Shown here one piece after another: positions 1-8,361 of a stretch of 64,000 nucleotides of DNA (position 1 is the stretch's first letter; every line of letters begins with the position of its first letter). The DNA is from a virus (taxonomy: Duplodnaviria > Caudoviricetes). Made by a program: the position numbers and the translations under genes. The DNA is taken from IMG/VR virus record IMGVR_UViG_3300005326_000040, positions 96,001 to 160,000 of that record; one strand, written 5' to 3'. Below the pieces are notes generated by a model. That model had not been told where the DNA came from, did no database searches, and saw only the letters and a program-made list of their open reading frames with translations.

Positions 1-54
1 AACGGTTTGAAACTGAGCGCAATGAGTACCACTGGTACAGGAGGAATGAAGAAC

Positions 55-387
55 ATGGCAGCGAAGATTGAGTTCCAATCACAACCACCGTACACGACTT
101 GGTTTCTTTCGGTAGTAGTTGAACAGGCAGAAAGTGAATCTGTGATTCCTTTCTTGAAGGAGTTGGATGCCGCTGGATGGAACAAGTTGGATGGAGTTGA
201 AATTCCGAATGAACCAACGGAGATGAAGGTATTTGCTCCGGGTTCTCGTGAAGATGGCTCCTGGGGAGATGGAGAAGCCCAGAAGTTCATGGGACGAGCG
301 CGACATATCTTGGCCCAGCATGGGTTCAAGACCGTTCACAAGCGAAAGCTTGCGAAGCCCAGGGTGGAAGCTCCTGAAGGGCATTGA
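55..387 (+). CDS. hypothetical protein
   Basis: ORF; GGAGGA 9 nt upstream of ATG55. Confidence 0.7.
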   Translation: MAAKIEFQSQPPYTTWFLSVVVEQAESESVIPFLKELDAAGWNKLDGVEIPNEPTEMKVFAPGSREDGSWGDGEAQKFMGRARHILAQHGFKTVHKRKLAKPRVEAPEGH

Positions 388-396
388 ATGAAACCT

Positions 397-486
397 GGGT
401 TGTAACATAAAGCGTTAGTTCAAAAGGCTTTTGAGCGCCCTGGTGGCGCTCAAGAGCCGCAGCGCTTGATAAAACTTTTGTAACCC
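397..486 (+). other. long imperfect hairpin (14-bp core 426-439/445-458 plus outer stems)
   Basis: GGCTTTTGAGCGCC-CTGGT-GGCGCTCAAGAGCC, flanked by AAGCGTT/AGCGCTT and GGGTTGTAA/TTGTAACCC. Confidence 0.65.
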
Positions 487-505
487 CAATGAAAGTAGGT
501 GTCCC

Positions 506-736
506 ATGCAGCATTATGATAGCGTGGTGCAGTTTCTGAAAACCCAGGGATTTTCCACAACCAAAGCAACGAGGATAGCAAGAGAAGCGAGACGGCATTT
601 TCGCATTGAAGAAGCCAATGTTCTTCTTGCTCTTAGGTTGGAATCACAGGACGGGTGGACGATTGTTGATTTGGATTCCAACGGAAGGGTAACGTTTGGG
701 GCGTTGAAGCAGGCTCTTGTAGACGCTAAGAACTAA
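506..736 (+). CDS. hypothetical protein
   Basis: ORF in co-directional run. Confidence 0.7.
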   Translation: MQHYDSVVQFLKTQGFSTTKATRIAREARRHFRIEEANVLLALRLESQDGWTIVDLDSNGRVTFGALKQALVDAKN

Positions 737-991
737 ATGAAAGAAAAAAGCAACAAGAAGTCTCGGGTGTTTACTCGGCTCGTTACGATTGCTGCTGTTT
801 ACCCTTTGCCCCGATGGCCAAGAGAAATCGCAGCAATTGAAAAAGAGATAAAGGAGGTATATCCAAAAGAGTATTCCATCTTTGAAAAGGCGATGAAACG
901 ATGGGAGGTAAAGGAAAGCGCATACAATGAAAGCTTTCCAGCCTTCGGGTTGATGTTGGATACGGGTGTTGTTGCATTCAGAAAGAACTAG
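737..991 (+). CDS. hypothetical protein
   Basis: abuts previous stop. Confidence 0.7.
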   Translation: MKEKSNKKSRVFTRLVTIAAVYPLPRWPREIAAIEKEIKEVYPKEYSIFEKAMKRWEVKESAYNESFPAFGLMLDTGVVAFRKN

Positions 992-997
992 GAGTTT

Positions 998-1258
998 ATG
1001 TCATCAAAGAAACTATTGTCTGGCTATGTCAGGCAGCTACTTGTAGTTGAGAAAGGAGAAGAAACAAGGGTTGTTACTTTGTATACGCGAGAGCCTGATA
1101 GGGTAAAGTGGGCAAGGCGTAAGGTCAGGAATCTTGGTTGGAATATCTATCAGGAAGAAGTAGTAAACGTTTCGGTTGAAAAAGCAAGAGCGGGAATTGC
1201 TCGCCTTCGTGATTCGGGCCGAAGCAACATCACCAAGTTTTTGAACGAATCGTATTAA
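998..1258 (+). CDS. hypothetical protein
   Basis: AGGAG RBS. Confidence 0.75.
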   Translation: MSSKKLLSGYVRQLLVVEKGEETRVVTLYTREPDRVKWARRKVRNLGWNIYQEEVVNVSVEKARAGIARLRDSGRSNITKFLNESY

Positions 1259-1279
1259 CGTTGTAACTAGGAGAATAGA

Positions 1280-1666
1280 ATGATTCGTGTTTGTCATACC
1301 GTCATCGACGCTGAGTTCCCTGTTTCTGACGCGTCTCGCACGACAATCTCCAAGGCGAATACGTTCATCCAGCTTGTGGATGAGCCTTTCTACGATGTGA
1401 CCGTTGAGGCTAGTAGCGAATATGACGAAGACAAATATGCTCAGCTGAAGTTTGTTGGGCGGCGCAAGCAGGCTCAATCGACAGTCAAGGGTGAGTTTTA
1501 TGAGCCGTCAAGGTATCATCGCAGCGCCCGGCATGATTGTTGGAAGAAGGGTCGAAAGGTTCAGTATCGCATTTCTCTGGAAGAGAAGTCCTTTGTTACT
1601 GGAAGGACGCCAGTAATGATGGATGGGTACTGGGAAGACGGGCGATTCTATCCGTACTTTGAGTAG
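1280..1666 (+). CDS. hypothetical protein
   Basis: AGGAGA RBS. Confidence 0.8.
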   Translation: MIRVCHTVIDAEFPVSDASRTTISKANTFIQLVDEPFYDVTVEASSEYDEDKYAQLKFVGRRKQAQSTVKGEFYEPSRYHRSARHDCWKKGRKVQYRISLEEKSFVTGRTPVMMDGYWEDGRFYPYFE

Positions 1667-1998
1667 GCTTTACTGCGTGTGAGCAGGATAAACCCATCAC
1701 ATTCCGCTAGAGAGTAGGGATATTCTTTAGCGGGCAAGGTTGTAATGACTCCGAACGACGTTCTAGAGCCCTGATAGCCAATAGGCAAATCAAAGAACTT
1801 CTTTGTTGGAAGCATTCCGAATTAGGAATGAGTGATAATAAGGGCGAAGTCGAACGAGTAAGATATAATTCTTGTGGGACATGGTGTCTCATAGGGGTTG
1901 TAACTAGGGTGGTCTTTTGTGCGGACCATTCCGAAAGGTTTGCCTTGATAGGCAAATTGTAGGGCACAACAAGTAAACACATCGAAAGGGATTTTATC
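1667..1998 (+). ncRNA. candidate structured ncRNA / long 5' leader
   Basis: 332-nt gap with many hairpins (1704-1733, 1864-1902, CATTCC/GGAATG, TGGTC/GACCA, TTTGCCT/AGGCAAA). Confidence 0.4.
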
Positions 1999-2994
1999 AT
2001 GTCGAAGAACTCCAGCCGTCGCAACGTCTCCGCTGCTCGCGCCGCCGCCATCGTCTCGGGCAAGCCCGAGCGGTTTGATGCAGCCATGATCCAGAAGCGT
2101 TCTGCTGAAGAAGCTGCGCGTCTTGCCACGATCAACATCGGTCGCGACCCGCAGAACAATCGCATCGTGTATTCCATTTGGGATGCAACGCTGCGCGGCT
2201 CGTTGACTGCGGCTCTCACTGGCGCCATCTTGAAGCTCGGACTGGAGCATGAGCTTCTGAAGGTGACGGTGGATGATGGCAAGTTCCAGTTGGTTCCCAA
2301 TGTCGATATGGAGAGTTTCCAGAGCCGTTACACCTACCACCGGGTGTTCGAGGCTGTGGAAATGAAGTGGCGTGCTGCGCTTCATGCCATTGGGCATCGG
2401 GTGGCTTTGATGGACGAGCAGACGGGGCGTCCTGTCATCGAGCAGCAGAAGGATCGCAACGGCAATCTGATGTGGCGTGACAGCGCACAGACGGTTCCGT
2501 TCATGGGAACGTCGTACAAGAAGGATGAAAAGGGCCGCGATGTGTGGGAAGGCACCAAGAAGTTCGAGGGTGCTGTGTTCAATGAGATGACCGGCGATTT
2601 CGAGACGGTGGTTCTCGATGCGCCGACGTGGCGGCATTGCGGCGCGCTTCAGGATGGTGCTCGTCAGACTTGGGAAAAGAGTCTGATTCGGAAGGCGGAG
2701 TTGGAGCAGCAGGCTGCCCATAGGGCAGCGCGTCAGCAGCAGACCACCATGCAGACTCAGAGTCGCGCTCTGGCGGAAGTGGCGAAGCCTTTGAGTCGTG
2801 TGGACGAAGCGAGCCCGGACGAGATTCGCGAGTTCAAGACTGGACAGGAGTTGGGCTTGGGCAATACGCCCTTTGCTACCGCACTTGCGGGAAAGGAAGC
2901 GGCGTTCAAGCTCGACAGGCTCGGCCGCAAGCAGCCGACGCACAAGAAGGTTCGTGCTTCGAAGAAGGCTGCTGAAAAGGCTGCTGAGAAGTAA
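1999..2994 (+). CDS. hypothetical Ala/Lys-rich protein, GC-richer codon usage
   Basis: 331-aa ORF, AAGGGA RBS. Confidence 0.9.
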   Translation: MSKNSSRRNVSAARAAAIVSGKPERFDAAMIQKRSAEEAARLATINIGRDPQNNRIVYSIWDATLRGSLTAALTGAILKLGLEHELLKVTVDDGKFQLVPNVDMESFQSRYTYHRVFEAVEMKWRAALHAIGHRVALMDEQTGRPVIEQQKDRNGNLMWRDSAQTVPFMGTSYKKDEKGRDVWEGTKKFEGAVFNEMTGDFETVVLDAPTWRHCGALQDGARQTWEKSLIRKAELEQQAAHRAARQQQTTMQTQSRALAEVAKPLSRVDEASPDEIREFKTGQELGLGNTPFATALAGKEAAFKLDRLGRKQPTHKKVRASKKAAEKAAEK

Positions 2995-3009
2995 GACATT
3001 TCACACGAG

Positions 3010-3063
3010 CTTCACTAAATGCTTTGGCTTGACCCATGGGTCAAGTTGGGGTATTTAGTGAAG
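3010..3063 (+). repeat. 27-bp inverted repeat with perfect 18-nt palindromic core
   Basis: CTTCACTAAATGCTTTGGCTTGACCCA / TGGGTCAAGTTGGGGTATTTAGTGAAG; 6 G.U pairs. Confidence 0.85.
3029..3057 (+). promoter_or_regulatory. sigma70-like promoter
   Basis: TTGACC-17nt-TATTTA, ending 17 nt upstream of tRNA-like RNA A. Confidence 0.55.
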
Positions 3064-3074
3064 TCCTACCAACA

Positions 3075-3145
3075 AGACGAAAAGCTCCGGTGAGCCTGTG
3101 ACCTTTCGGTCATGGAGGGTGGTTCAACTCCACCTTCGTCTGCCA
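3075..3145 (+). ncRNA. tRNA-like RNA A (non-canonical anticodon arm, encoded CCA)
   Basis: acceptor AGACGAA/TTCGTCT+G+CCA, D stem GCTC/GAGC, T arm GGTGG-TTCAACT-CCACC, anticodon arm closing a 4-nt TTTC loop. Confidence 0.75.
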
Positions 3146-3166
3146 ATGCTTTGCCGGGAGTAATTC

Positions 3167-3370
3167 ATGGGAAAGAACACAAACGATCGAAAACTGACGC
3201 TCGAAGAAGAAAATAGAATTAAAGAACAACTGGAAGTCGCGGGAGCAAAAATAAGAGTTCTTATTTTTGTCGCTTCTAACGGAACTCCGTGTATTCCTTG
3301 GGCGGATAAAGATAAGGAAATAGTTCATAAGCTGCCAAGGACACGACCCAGATATGAGGAGTGGAAATAA
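3167..3370 (+). CDS. hypothetical protein
   Basis: GGGAG RBS. Confidence 0.7.
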   Translation: MGKNTNDRKLTLEEENRIKEQLEVAGAKIRVLIFVASNGTPCIPWADKDKEIVHKLPRTRPRYEEWK

Positions 3371-3382
3371 AACAAGAAACCA

Positions 3383-3820
3383 ATGACATACAAAACCTGG
3401 CAAGAGATGAAGGACGTAGAAATCATTCAAAAGAACTGGGAAGATATCCCAGAAAAGGAAAGGCAAGAATCTCATTCGTGGCAGATTGCTTGGCAAGTAG
3501 CAACGCCAGAACAGCTTGTTGTTCTTAAGAAAATTCGTGAAGAGTTTATGGCTAGTGTTCCTCCAGGGCATTACTGGCTGGTAGAAGGCGACGACGATTG
3601 TACTGCCTTTGCTGAGGAAACTAAGGTGCTTGTTCTTGCTCAGGAAGCATATCTTGCTCGCGTTTTTGGTTGGACAGGAACGGTAGAAGAAATTCGTCAG
3701 AAAGCAATTGATTTACATATAGCGGATGAAGACGCCGTGGATAATATCGTTCCTGGTTGGATGATGGATTACTCCTGTTACATGGAAGATGTTCGCCGCG
3801 AACATCAATTCAAGCTATAA
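3383..3820 (+). CDS. hypothetical protein
   Basis: 145-aa ORF in run. Confidence 0.8.
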   Translation: MTYKTWQEMKDVEIIQKNWEDIPEKERQESHSWQIAWQVATPEQLVVLKKIREEFMASVPPGHYWLVEGDDDCTAFAEETKVLVLAQEAYLARVFGWTGTVEEIRQKAIDLHIADEDAVDNIVPGWMMDYSCYMEDVRREHQFKL

Positions 3821-3840
3821 TTGTTGAAAGGAAAATCAAC

Positions 3841-4560
3841 ATGCCGATTCGCGAAGTATACATTGACAAAGTGTTGAGAGAAATTGAGCATAGGGATAGT
3901 TCCAACATGCTGCATAATAATTCTGGCCCAGCGGTTATACATTATTGGCCAGATGGAACTATTATGCTGATGGAATACTATATTTCTGGTGGGCTGCACA
4001 AGGATGGAGCGCCCGCATCTTTAAGGTATTTTTCAACCGGCGTAAAAGAGCAGGAGGTTTATTTTCAAAACGACAGATGTCATCGTGATGAAAAAGACGG
4101 ACCTGCGTTATTTGCTTATTACCGATCTGGCGTGCTATCATTTGCATCCTACCAAACAAATGGACGGATACATCGTTCTGTTGGTCCGGCAGAAATCGCA
4201 TATTATGAAGACGGCACCATAAAAGAAGAGATTTATTACAAGCGCGGTAACACACACAATCTAAACGGACCAGCTTTTGTTCGATACGATAGCAGCGGAA
4301 AAGTTGAGCGAGAAGTTTTTTATTTGGATGGCTTGCTTTATACTAAATCCAGCTGGCAAACGGAGGTTGCCAGCCGTATTGCTCAAGCGCCAGCCCCAGC
4401 TACACCATCGAACAATCATGGGCAAGTAGCTTTGCCCAATAACGTTCCGGCTGCAACATCTCAAGTTTGTTGTTTATGCGGGCTGTTTGATAAGTTTGCG
4501 GACCCTCAAAAGGACGGGAAGATTTACTGCTATCTTCATGTAGATAGAGCGCCAAAATAA
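3841..4560 (+). CDS. MORN-like (HRxDGPA) repeat protein with C-terminal CxxC..CxxH finger
   Basis: repeats LHKDGAPA, HRDEKDGPA, HRSVGPA, HNLNGPA; tail CCLCGLFDKFADPQKDGKIYCYLH. Confidence 0.8.
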   Translation: MPIREVYIDKVLREIEHRDSSNMLHNNSGPAVIHYWPDGTIMLMEYYISGGLHKDGAPASLRYFSTGVKEQEVYFQNDRCHRDEKDGPALFAYYRSGVLSFASYQTNGRIHRSVGPAEIAYYEDGTIKEEIYYKRGNTHNLNGPAFVRYDSSGKVEREVFYLDGLLYTKSSWQTEVASRIAQAPAPATPSNNHGQVALPNNVPAATSQVCCLCGLFDKFADPQKDGKIYCYLHVDRAPK

Positions 4561-4570
4561 GGGCAAAGAA

Positions 4571-5278
4571 ATGGATTTGAAAGAAACTTATCTCAACGGT
4601 GTTCTTATTCAACGAATCATTTACAAGAAAGGAACGCGCAACTATCATTGTACAACCGGGCCTGCTTACGAAGAGTTTTACGATATCGGAGCGCTTAAAA
4701 CGCGCGGATATTGGGTTGACAATAAGCGACATAATGATAATGGTCCGGCATTAACCTCTTATCACGAAAACGGAATCACAAGACAGGAATTATGGTATCA
4801 CGATAACTACCTCGATAGAGATGAAAAAGACGGCCCATCTTTCATGTCGTATTATGAAACTGGAATTAGATCTCAAATTGAGTACCATAAAAGGGGCCTT
4901 TTCCACAGGTCGAATGGCCCGGCAGCAATACTATATTATGAAAATGGGAATGTAAAAAGAGAAGCGTTCTACGAAAATAATTATCTTCACAATGAAAATG
5001 GTCCAGCCATAATTACGTACGACGATACCGGAAAGGTTACTTCGGAGTCATATTACCTACATAATAACCTTCATCCCACCAAAACAGACTGGCAGCATGC
5101 GTTGGCAATTTTGGCGGCAAAAACTGCCGCTGCTGCTTCTTCAACAGCAGTTGGTTCGCAACAACAGAATGGTTGTCAACAGAACTGTTGTATCTGTAAT
5201 TTGTTTGACATGTATGCTGAGCCTCAAAAGGATGGTAAGATTTATTGCTACGTCCATTTGGACAAAGCTCCTAAGTAA
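4571..5278 (+). CDS. MORN-like repeat protein, paralogue of 3841-4560
   Basis: HNDNGPA, HRSNGPA, HNENGPA repeats; near-identical tail. Confidence 0.8.
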   Translation: MDLKETYLNGVLIQRIIYKKGTRNYHCTTGPAYEEFYDIGALKTRGYWVDNKRHNDNGPALTSYHENGITRQELWYHDNYLDRDEKDGPSFMSYYETGIRSQIEYHKRGLFHRSNGPAAILYYENGNVKREAFYENNYLHNENGPAIITYDDTGKVTSESYYLHNNLHPTKTDWQHALAILAAKTAAAASSTAVGSQQQNGCQQNCCICNLFDMYAEPQKDGKIYCYVHLDKAPK

Positions 5279-5284
5279 AGGGGA

Positions 5285-5554
5285 ATGCTCATGAGCGAAA
5301 AGTTTACTCCTCGGCAAACGATTCGAGATTTTGTTGCGCCAGAAGAAGACCCACACACTGCATATTATTACAATCTAAATGATGATATGCTTTATCCCTA
5401 TTGGGAATATGGGGAAGAGCTTCTTCCATATTTGGATGAGGAAGAAGAATTGATGACGGAACCTGATAACGATTACTTTTCTTTTTCTCCAGAAATCGTA
5501 CACCTGATGACAATTCGGGAAACAAGAACAACGAACGAAGTTTTCGTTTGCTAA
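5285..5554 (+). CDS. acidic hypothetical protein
   Basis: ORF in run. Confidence 0.65.
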   Translation: MLMSEKFTPRQTIRDFVAPEEDPHTAYYYNLNDDMLYPYWEYGEELLPYLDEEEELMTEPDNDYFSFSPEIVHLMTIRETRTTNEVFVC

Positions 5555-5583
5555 GCATATAACAGCGGCAAAGAAGGACAAAA

Positions 5584-5802
5584 ATGACATACCAGGAATT
5601 GCTGGAACAATTGAGTGGTCTTTCAAAGGAACAGCTTCAACAAGATGTAACGATTGTAGCTCTTGGTTTGGCTGAAGCTCTTCCTATTTTGGATTGTGTT
5701 ACGACGTGGCATGTTGAAGAAAAGGATATTGAGCCTTTGGGAATTAATATTGCTGAAAACATTTTGGATAAAGATAGCGTATATTTGACAATTGACATCT
5801 AA
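5584..5802 (+). CDS. small phage protein (MTxxEL..L type)
   Basis: AAGGA RBS; N-terminus similar to 6043 and 8119. Confidence 0.7.
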   Translation: MTYQELLEQLSGLSKEQLQQDVTIVALGLAEALPILDCVTTWHVEEKDIEPLGINIAENILDKDSVYLTIDI

Positions 5803-5812
5803 AAGGTCTAAT

Positions 5813-6046
5813 ATGGCGAGCTTCATCTTTCTGACGACAAAGCCTTTGCGCATTGAGGATGGGGATGAGGAGAAGATGTACACGGTCAAGCGGCTTGGAG
5901 AGGCAAAGAAATCCGAGCTAGGGATGCATGATTCCGTATACTTCAAGTTTGAAATGGACAACATGAAGTTCCAGGATTTGGGAACAGTTCGGACGTACCT
6001 GATGATGAAGTGCGGCCGAAGGGTTGTGAAAACGGAAGAAGAATGA
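5813..6046 (+). CDS. hypothetical protein
   Basis: ORF in run. Confidence 0.7.
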   Translation: MASFIFLTTKPLRIEDGDEEKMYTVKRLGEAKKSELGMHDSVYFKFEMDNMKFQDLGTVRTYLMMKCGRRVVKTEEE

Positions 6047-6261
6047 ACAAAAACGAATTGATTGCGCTGCTGGATAAGGTTCCTGATGACGCTGAGATTT
6101 ACGTTTGTGTGAACGGGGAAGATTGTTACCCCGCCAAGGTAAACGGATTTTACGAAGCTGCGGTTGATATAACCGTTATTTATTTCCATCCTAAGTCTGG
6201 CACCGGCAACCATTTGAATTTTCCCAAGGAACGATTGGGAAGAGTGGTGAAGGTTCTATAG
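6043..6261 (+). CDS. small phage protein (MNKNELIALLDKVPDDAEI)
   Basis: ATGA overlap with previous gene. Confidence 0.75.
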   Translation: MNKNELIALLDKVPDDAEIYVCVNGEDCYPAKVNGFYEAAVDITVIYFHPKSGTGNHLNFPKERLGRVVKVL

Positions 6262-6280
6262 TAAGTTTTTTCAGGAGAAC

Positions 6281-6727
6281 ATGACCATGGAAAACAACTT
6301 CAAAAGCAAGTTCAATTTCGACTTCCCTTTCCAGGCAGAGCTTAAAGTTGTAAAGGCCCGAAGGTTTATGAAGATTGCTTGGAACCCTGACAATACGGTT
6401 CCTTTCAATGTCTATGCAACTTATCCTTCAGCGGTCAATATTATTCAGTGCCTTTGCCCTCGATGCAAGAACGAAACTGGCATCACAAAGTTTGGTCAGG
6501 AAAAAGCCTGCAAGCATTGTGGGCTCTCGATCGGTCTGGGCTATGATCACAACATGGAGAGTTTTGTTTTCACCACCGAGGAGTGTAACGAAAGAGAAAT
6601 GGAGAGGCGCGAAAAGGCAAAGCTTCGAGATCAACGCAAGGCGATGATTGTTAATGAAACCAAGGCGGCAATTATTCAATTGGCGAAGCAAGTTGAGCAA
6701 CGGCAGGAGTTTTTGAGGGTAAGCTGA
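6281..6727 (+). CDS. CxxC/CxxC zinc-ribbon protein
   Basis: CPRC...CKHC; AGGAGA RBS. Confidence 0.75.
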   Translation: MTMENNFKSKFNFDFPFQAELKVVKARRFMKIAWNPDNTVPFNVYATYPSAVNIIQCLCPRCKNETGITKFGQEKACKHCGLSIGLGYDHNMESFVFTTEECNEREMERREKAKLRDQRKAMIVNETKAAIIQLAKQVEQRQEFLRVS

Positions 6728-6916
6728 ATGAATGAAGAGGAGCTTCGTAATCTTCTAGCTGACATCTTCGGGCATTTGCCGCCGGTTACAGACAAAACCA
6801 TGGCGGTTCGGATGGATAAGGTCGGCGATCAGAAGTTTCATTGGGAAAATGGCGTTGATGTTCGGGTGAGCATCAAGCAGCTTCGGATGATTCAGGAATT
6901 GATTTCGTCCAAATAG
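6728..6916 (+). CDS. hypothetical protein
   Basis: abuts previous stop. Confidence 0.65.
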   Translation: MNEEELRNLLADIFGHLPPVTDKTMAVRMDKVGDQKFHWENGVDVRVSIKQLRMIQELISSK

Positions 6917-6925
6917 GAGACAGAC

Positions 6926-7351
6926 ATGAGCGTACTCAACAGACTTCGATACGACGTTCGGCGGGAAATGAACAATCTTTCCAAGCGCATTGTTGCCGCT
7001 GTGAAGCTGGTTGTTCTTGGTCCTGAGCCTGTGGTTAATACTCAGCTTGGAAAGCTGGACAAGATTGATAGGGGTTGTTGTCCTATTTGTTCGGCGAAAG
7101 CGCAATCGTTTCTCAAGAAGGAACAACATACTTGTGGGGATTGGAATGAGTATGTTCAGTACCGTTGCGGCGCTGAGCTTCATTACAGTCCCAATTACGG
7201 CAGGGTTGAGTTTGAACGTTCCTGTCCAGAATTCAAAACGATTCTTGACAAGACCATCAATCATTTTGGTGGGCAAGAGAAGTTGTTCAAGACGATTGGA
7301 TACAAGCCTTCAAGCCTTGTGACCCGTTACGTACGGTCGTATTATATTTGA
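6926..7351 (+). CDS. Cys-containing hypothetical protein
   Basis: AGGAGA RBS; CCPIC motif. Confidence 0.75.
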   Translation: MSVLNRLRYDVRREMNNLSKRIVAAVKLVVLGPEPVVNTQLGKLDKIDRGCCPICSAKAQSFLKKEQHTCGDWNEYVQYRCGAELHYSPNYGRVEFERSCPEFKTILDKTINHFGGQEKLFKTIGYKPSSLVTRYVRSYYI

Positions 7352-7364
7352 TTGAAAATCATTT

Positions 7365-7393
7365 TTGACATTTTGCGAAGGCGAAAATATAAT
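7365..7393 (+). promoter_or_regulatory. consensus sigma70 promoter
   Basis: TTGACA-17nt-TATAAT, perfect consensus. Confidence 0.85.
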
Positions 7394-7784
7394 GCCAAGA
7401 ACATTTCAGAAAATGAACAAGGTTCTTGCAGATAGAATCATTGCCAGATTGCGCGCAAAAGAAATACAAAAACAACGAGAAGAATCATTTACATGTCTTG
7501 CGTTGGTTCTTCAGGTTAATGGTTTCCCTGGTGCCGTAGATTATGTTGATATAGACAAAAGAGGCAAGAATCGAATTCTTCCTTCCGCTGTATGTTTTGC
7601 CCAAAATAGTGAACAAGGACTTGAAACGCTAAAGAAAATGCGGGAGTTGGCTTGGGACAATATGGGCGGATACCATTTCCGCATCGCTAAAGTAAAGGTT
7701 GTTGTTCAAGAACAAGAGTCTTTGAAAGAAATGTACGAGGCTGTGGATGCTTTGAATAAACGACGCAGAGCCGAAAAGGATTGA
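7392..7784 (+). CDS. hypothetical protein (true start may be ATG7413)
   Basis: ORF; first ATG overlaps the -10 box. Confidence 0.7.
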   Translation: MPRTFQKMNKVLADRIIARLRAKEIQKQREESFTCLALVLQVNGFPGAVDYVDIDKRGKNRILPSAVCFAQNSEQGLETLKKMRELAWDNMGGYHFRIAKVKVVVQEQESLKEMYEAVDALNKRRRAEKD

Positions 7785-7795
7785 GGAAAAAATCA

Positions 7796-8122
7796 ATGAA
7801 CACACATCCTCCATGGTGGCCCAGTCAATTACAAGGGGAGCCATGGGATTGCATTACGCTCAACTCCATTGAAATGGTAGGCGGGCCTAATGATGCTGAC
7901 CGGTTTGCGTCTGAAATTGCGGAAGAAAACACCAGTGACCATGAAGTATGGGAGTTGATTCCATCAAGCGACGAGCTTTATAAACCGGCAATTGCTGAGA
8001 TGCGTAGACGTTTTGCGTCTGATAACGGTGGTTGCAAAATAGACGACGATGGACGTATACAATTCAGCGACGGCGTAGTAGCATGGTTACGTTTGTTGCG
8101 GTTTAGAAAGGTTTACAAATGA
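7796..8122 (+). CDS. hypothetical protein
   Basis: GAGGA RBS. Confidence 0.7.
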   Translation: MNTHPPWWPSQLQGEPWDCITLNSIEMVGGPNDADRFASEIAEENTSDHEVWELIPSSDELYKPAIAEMRRRFASDNGGCKIDDDGRIQFSDGVVAWLRLLRFRKVYK

Positions 8123-8319
8123 ACGTACGAGAAGCCATCGAACTCTTGAGCAAGCAAAGCCCTGAAGCTATTCTCGTGGCATATAACGAGGATGATTCAA
8201 GGTTTGTTGAGTGCAATAATATTTTTACCGTAGGCTCAGATAGAGATGTTCTTTTGAAAAACCCCAACACATCTGGGTCTACAACTTGCGTATGTTTTGA
8301 TACAATTTATCCTTATTGA
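8119..8319 (+). CDS. small phage protein
   Basis: ATGA overlap. Confidence 0.7.
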   Translation: MNVREAIELLSKQSPEAILVAYNEDDSRFVECNNIFTVGSDRDVLLKNPNTSGSTTCVCFDTIYPY

Positions 8320-8361
8320 TTTCGGCAGGTACGAATGTTTACACCACATGAAGAGGAATAA

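Noticed and set aside
397-486. Integron attC sites for the long hairpins (also 43401-43461)
   Set aside because: No RYYYAAC...GTTRRRY core-site pair at the hairpin ends and no integrase
1740-1880. Group I intron suggested by AAGATATA (S-like) and GTTCTAGAG (R-like)
   Set aside because: No complementary P7 pairing could be built, and no interrupted gene flanks the region
1260-1908. GTTGTAACTAGG repeated at about 1260 and 1897 as a phage promoter motif
   Set aside because: There are only two copies; one is explained by the RBS and the other by a hairpin arm
1822-2943. Long minus-strand ORFs here and at 40777-41838, 49047-49982 and 61949-62710
   Set aside because: They are antisense shadows of GC-richer + strand genes, with no RBS and implausible Arg/Leu/His-rich composition
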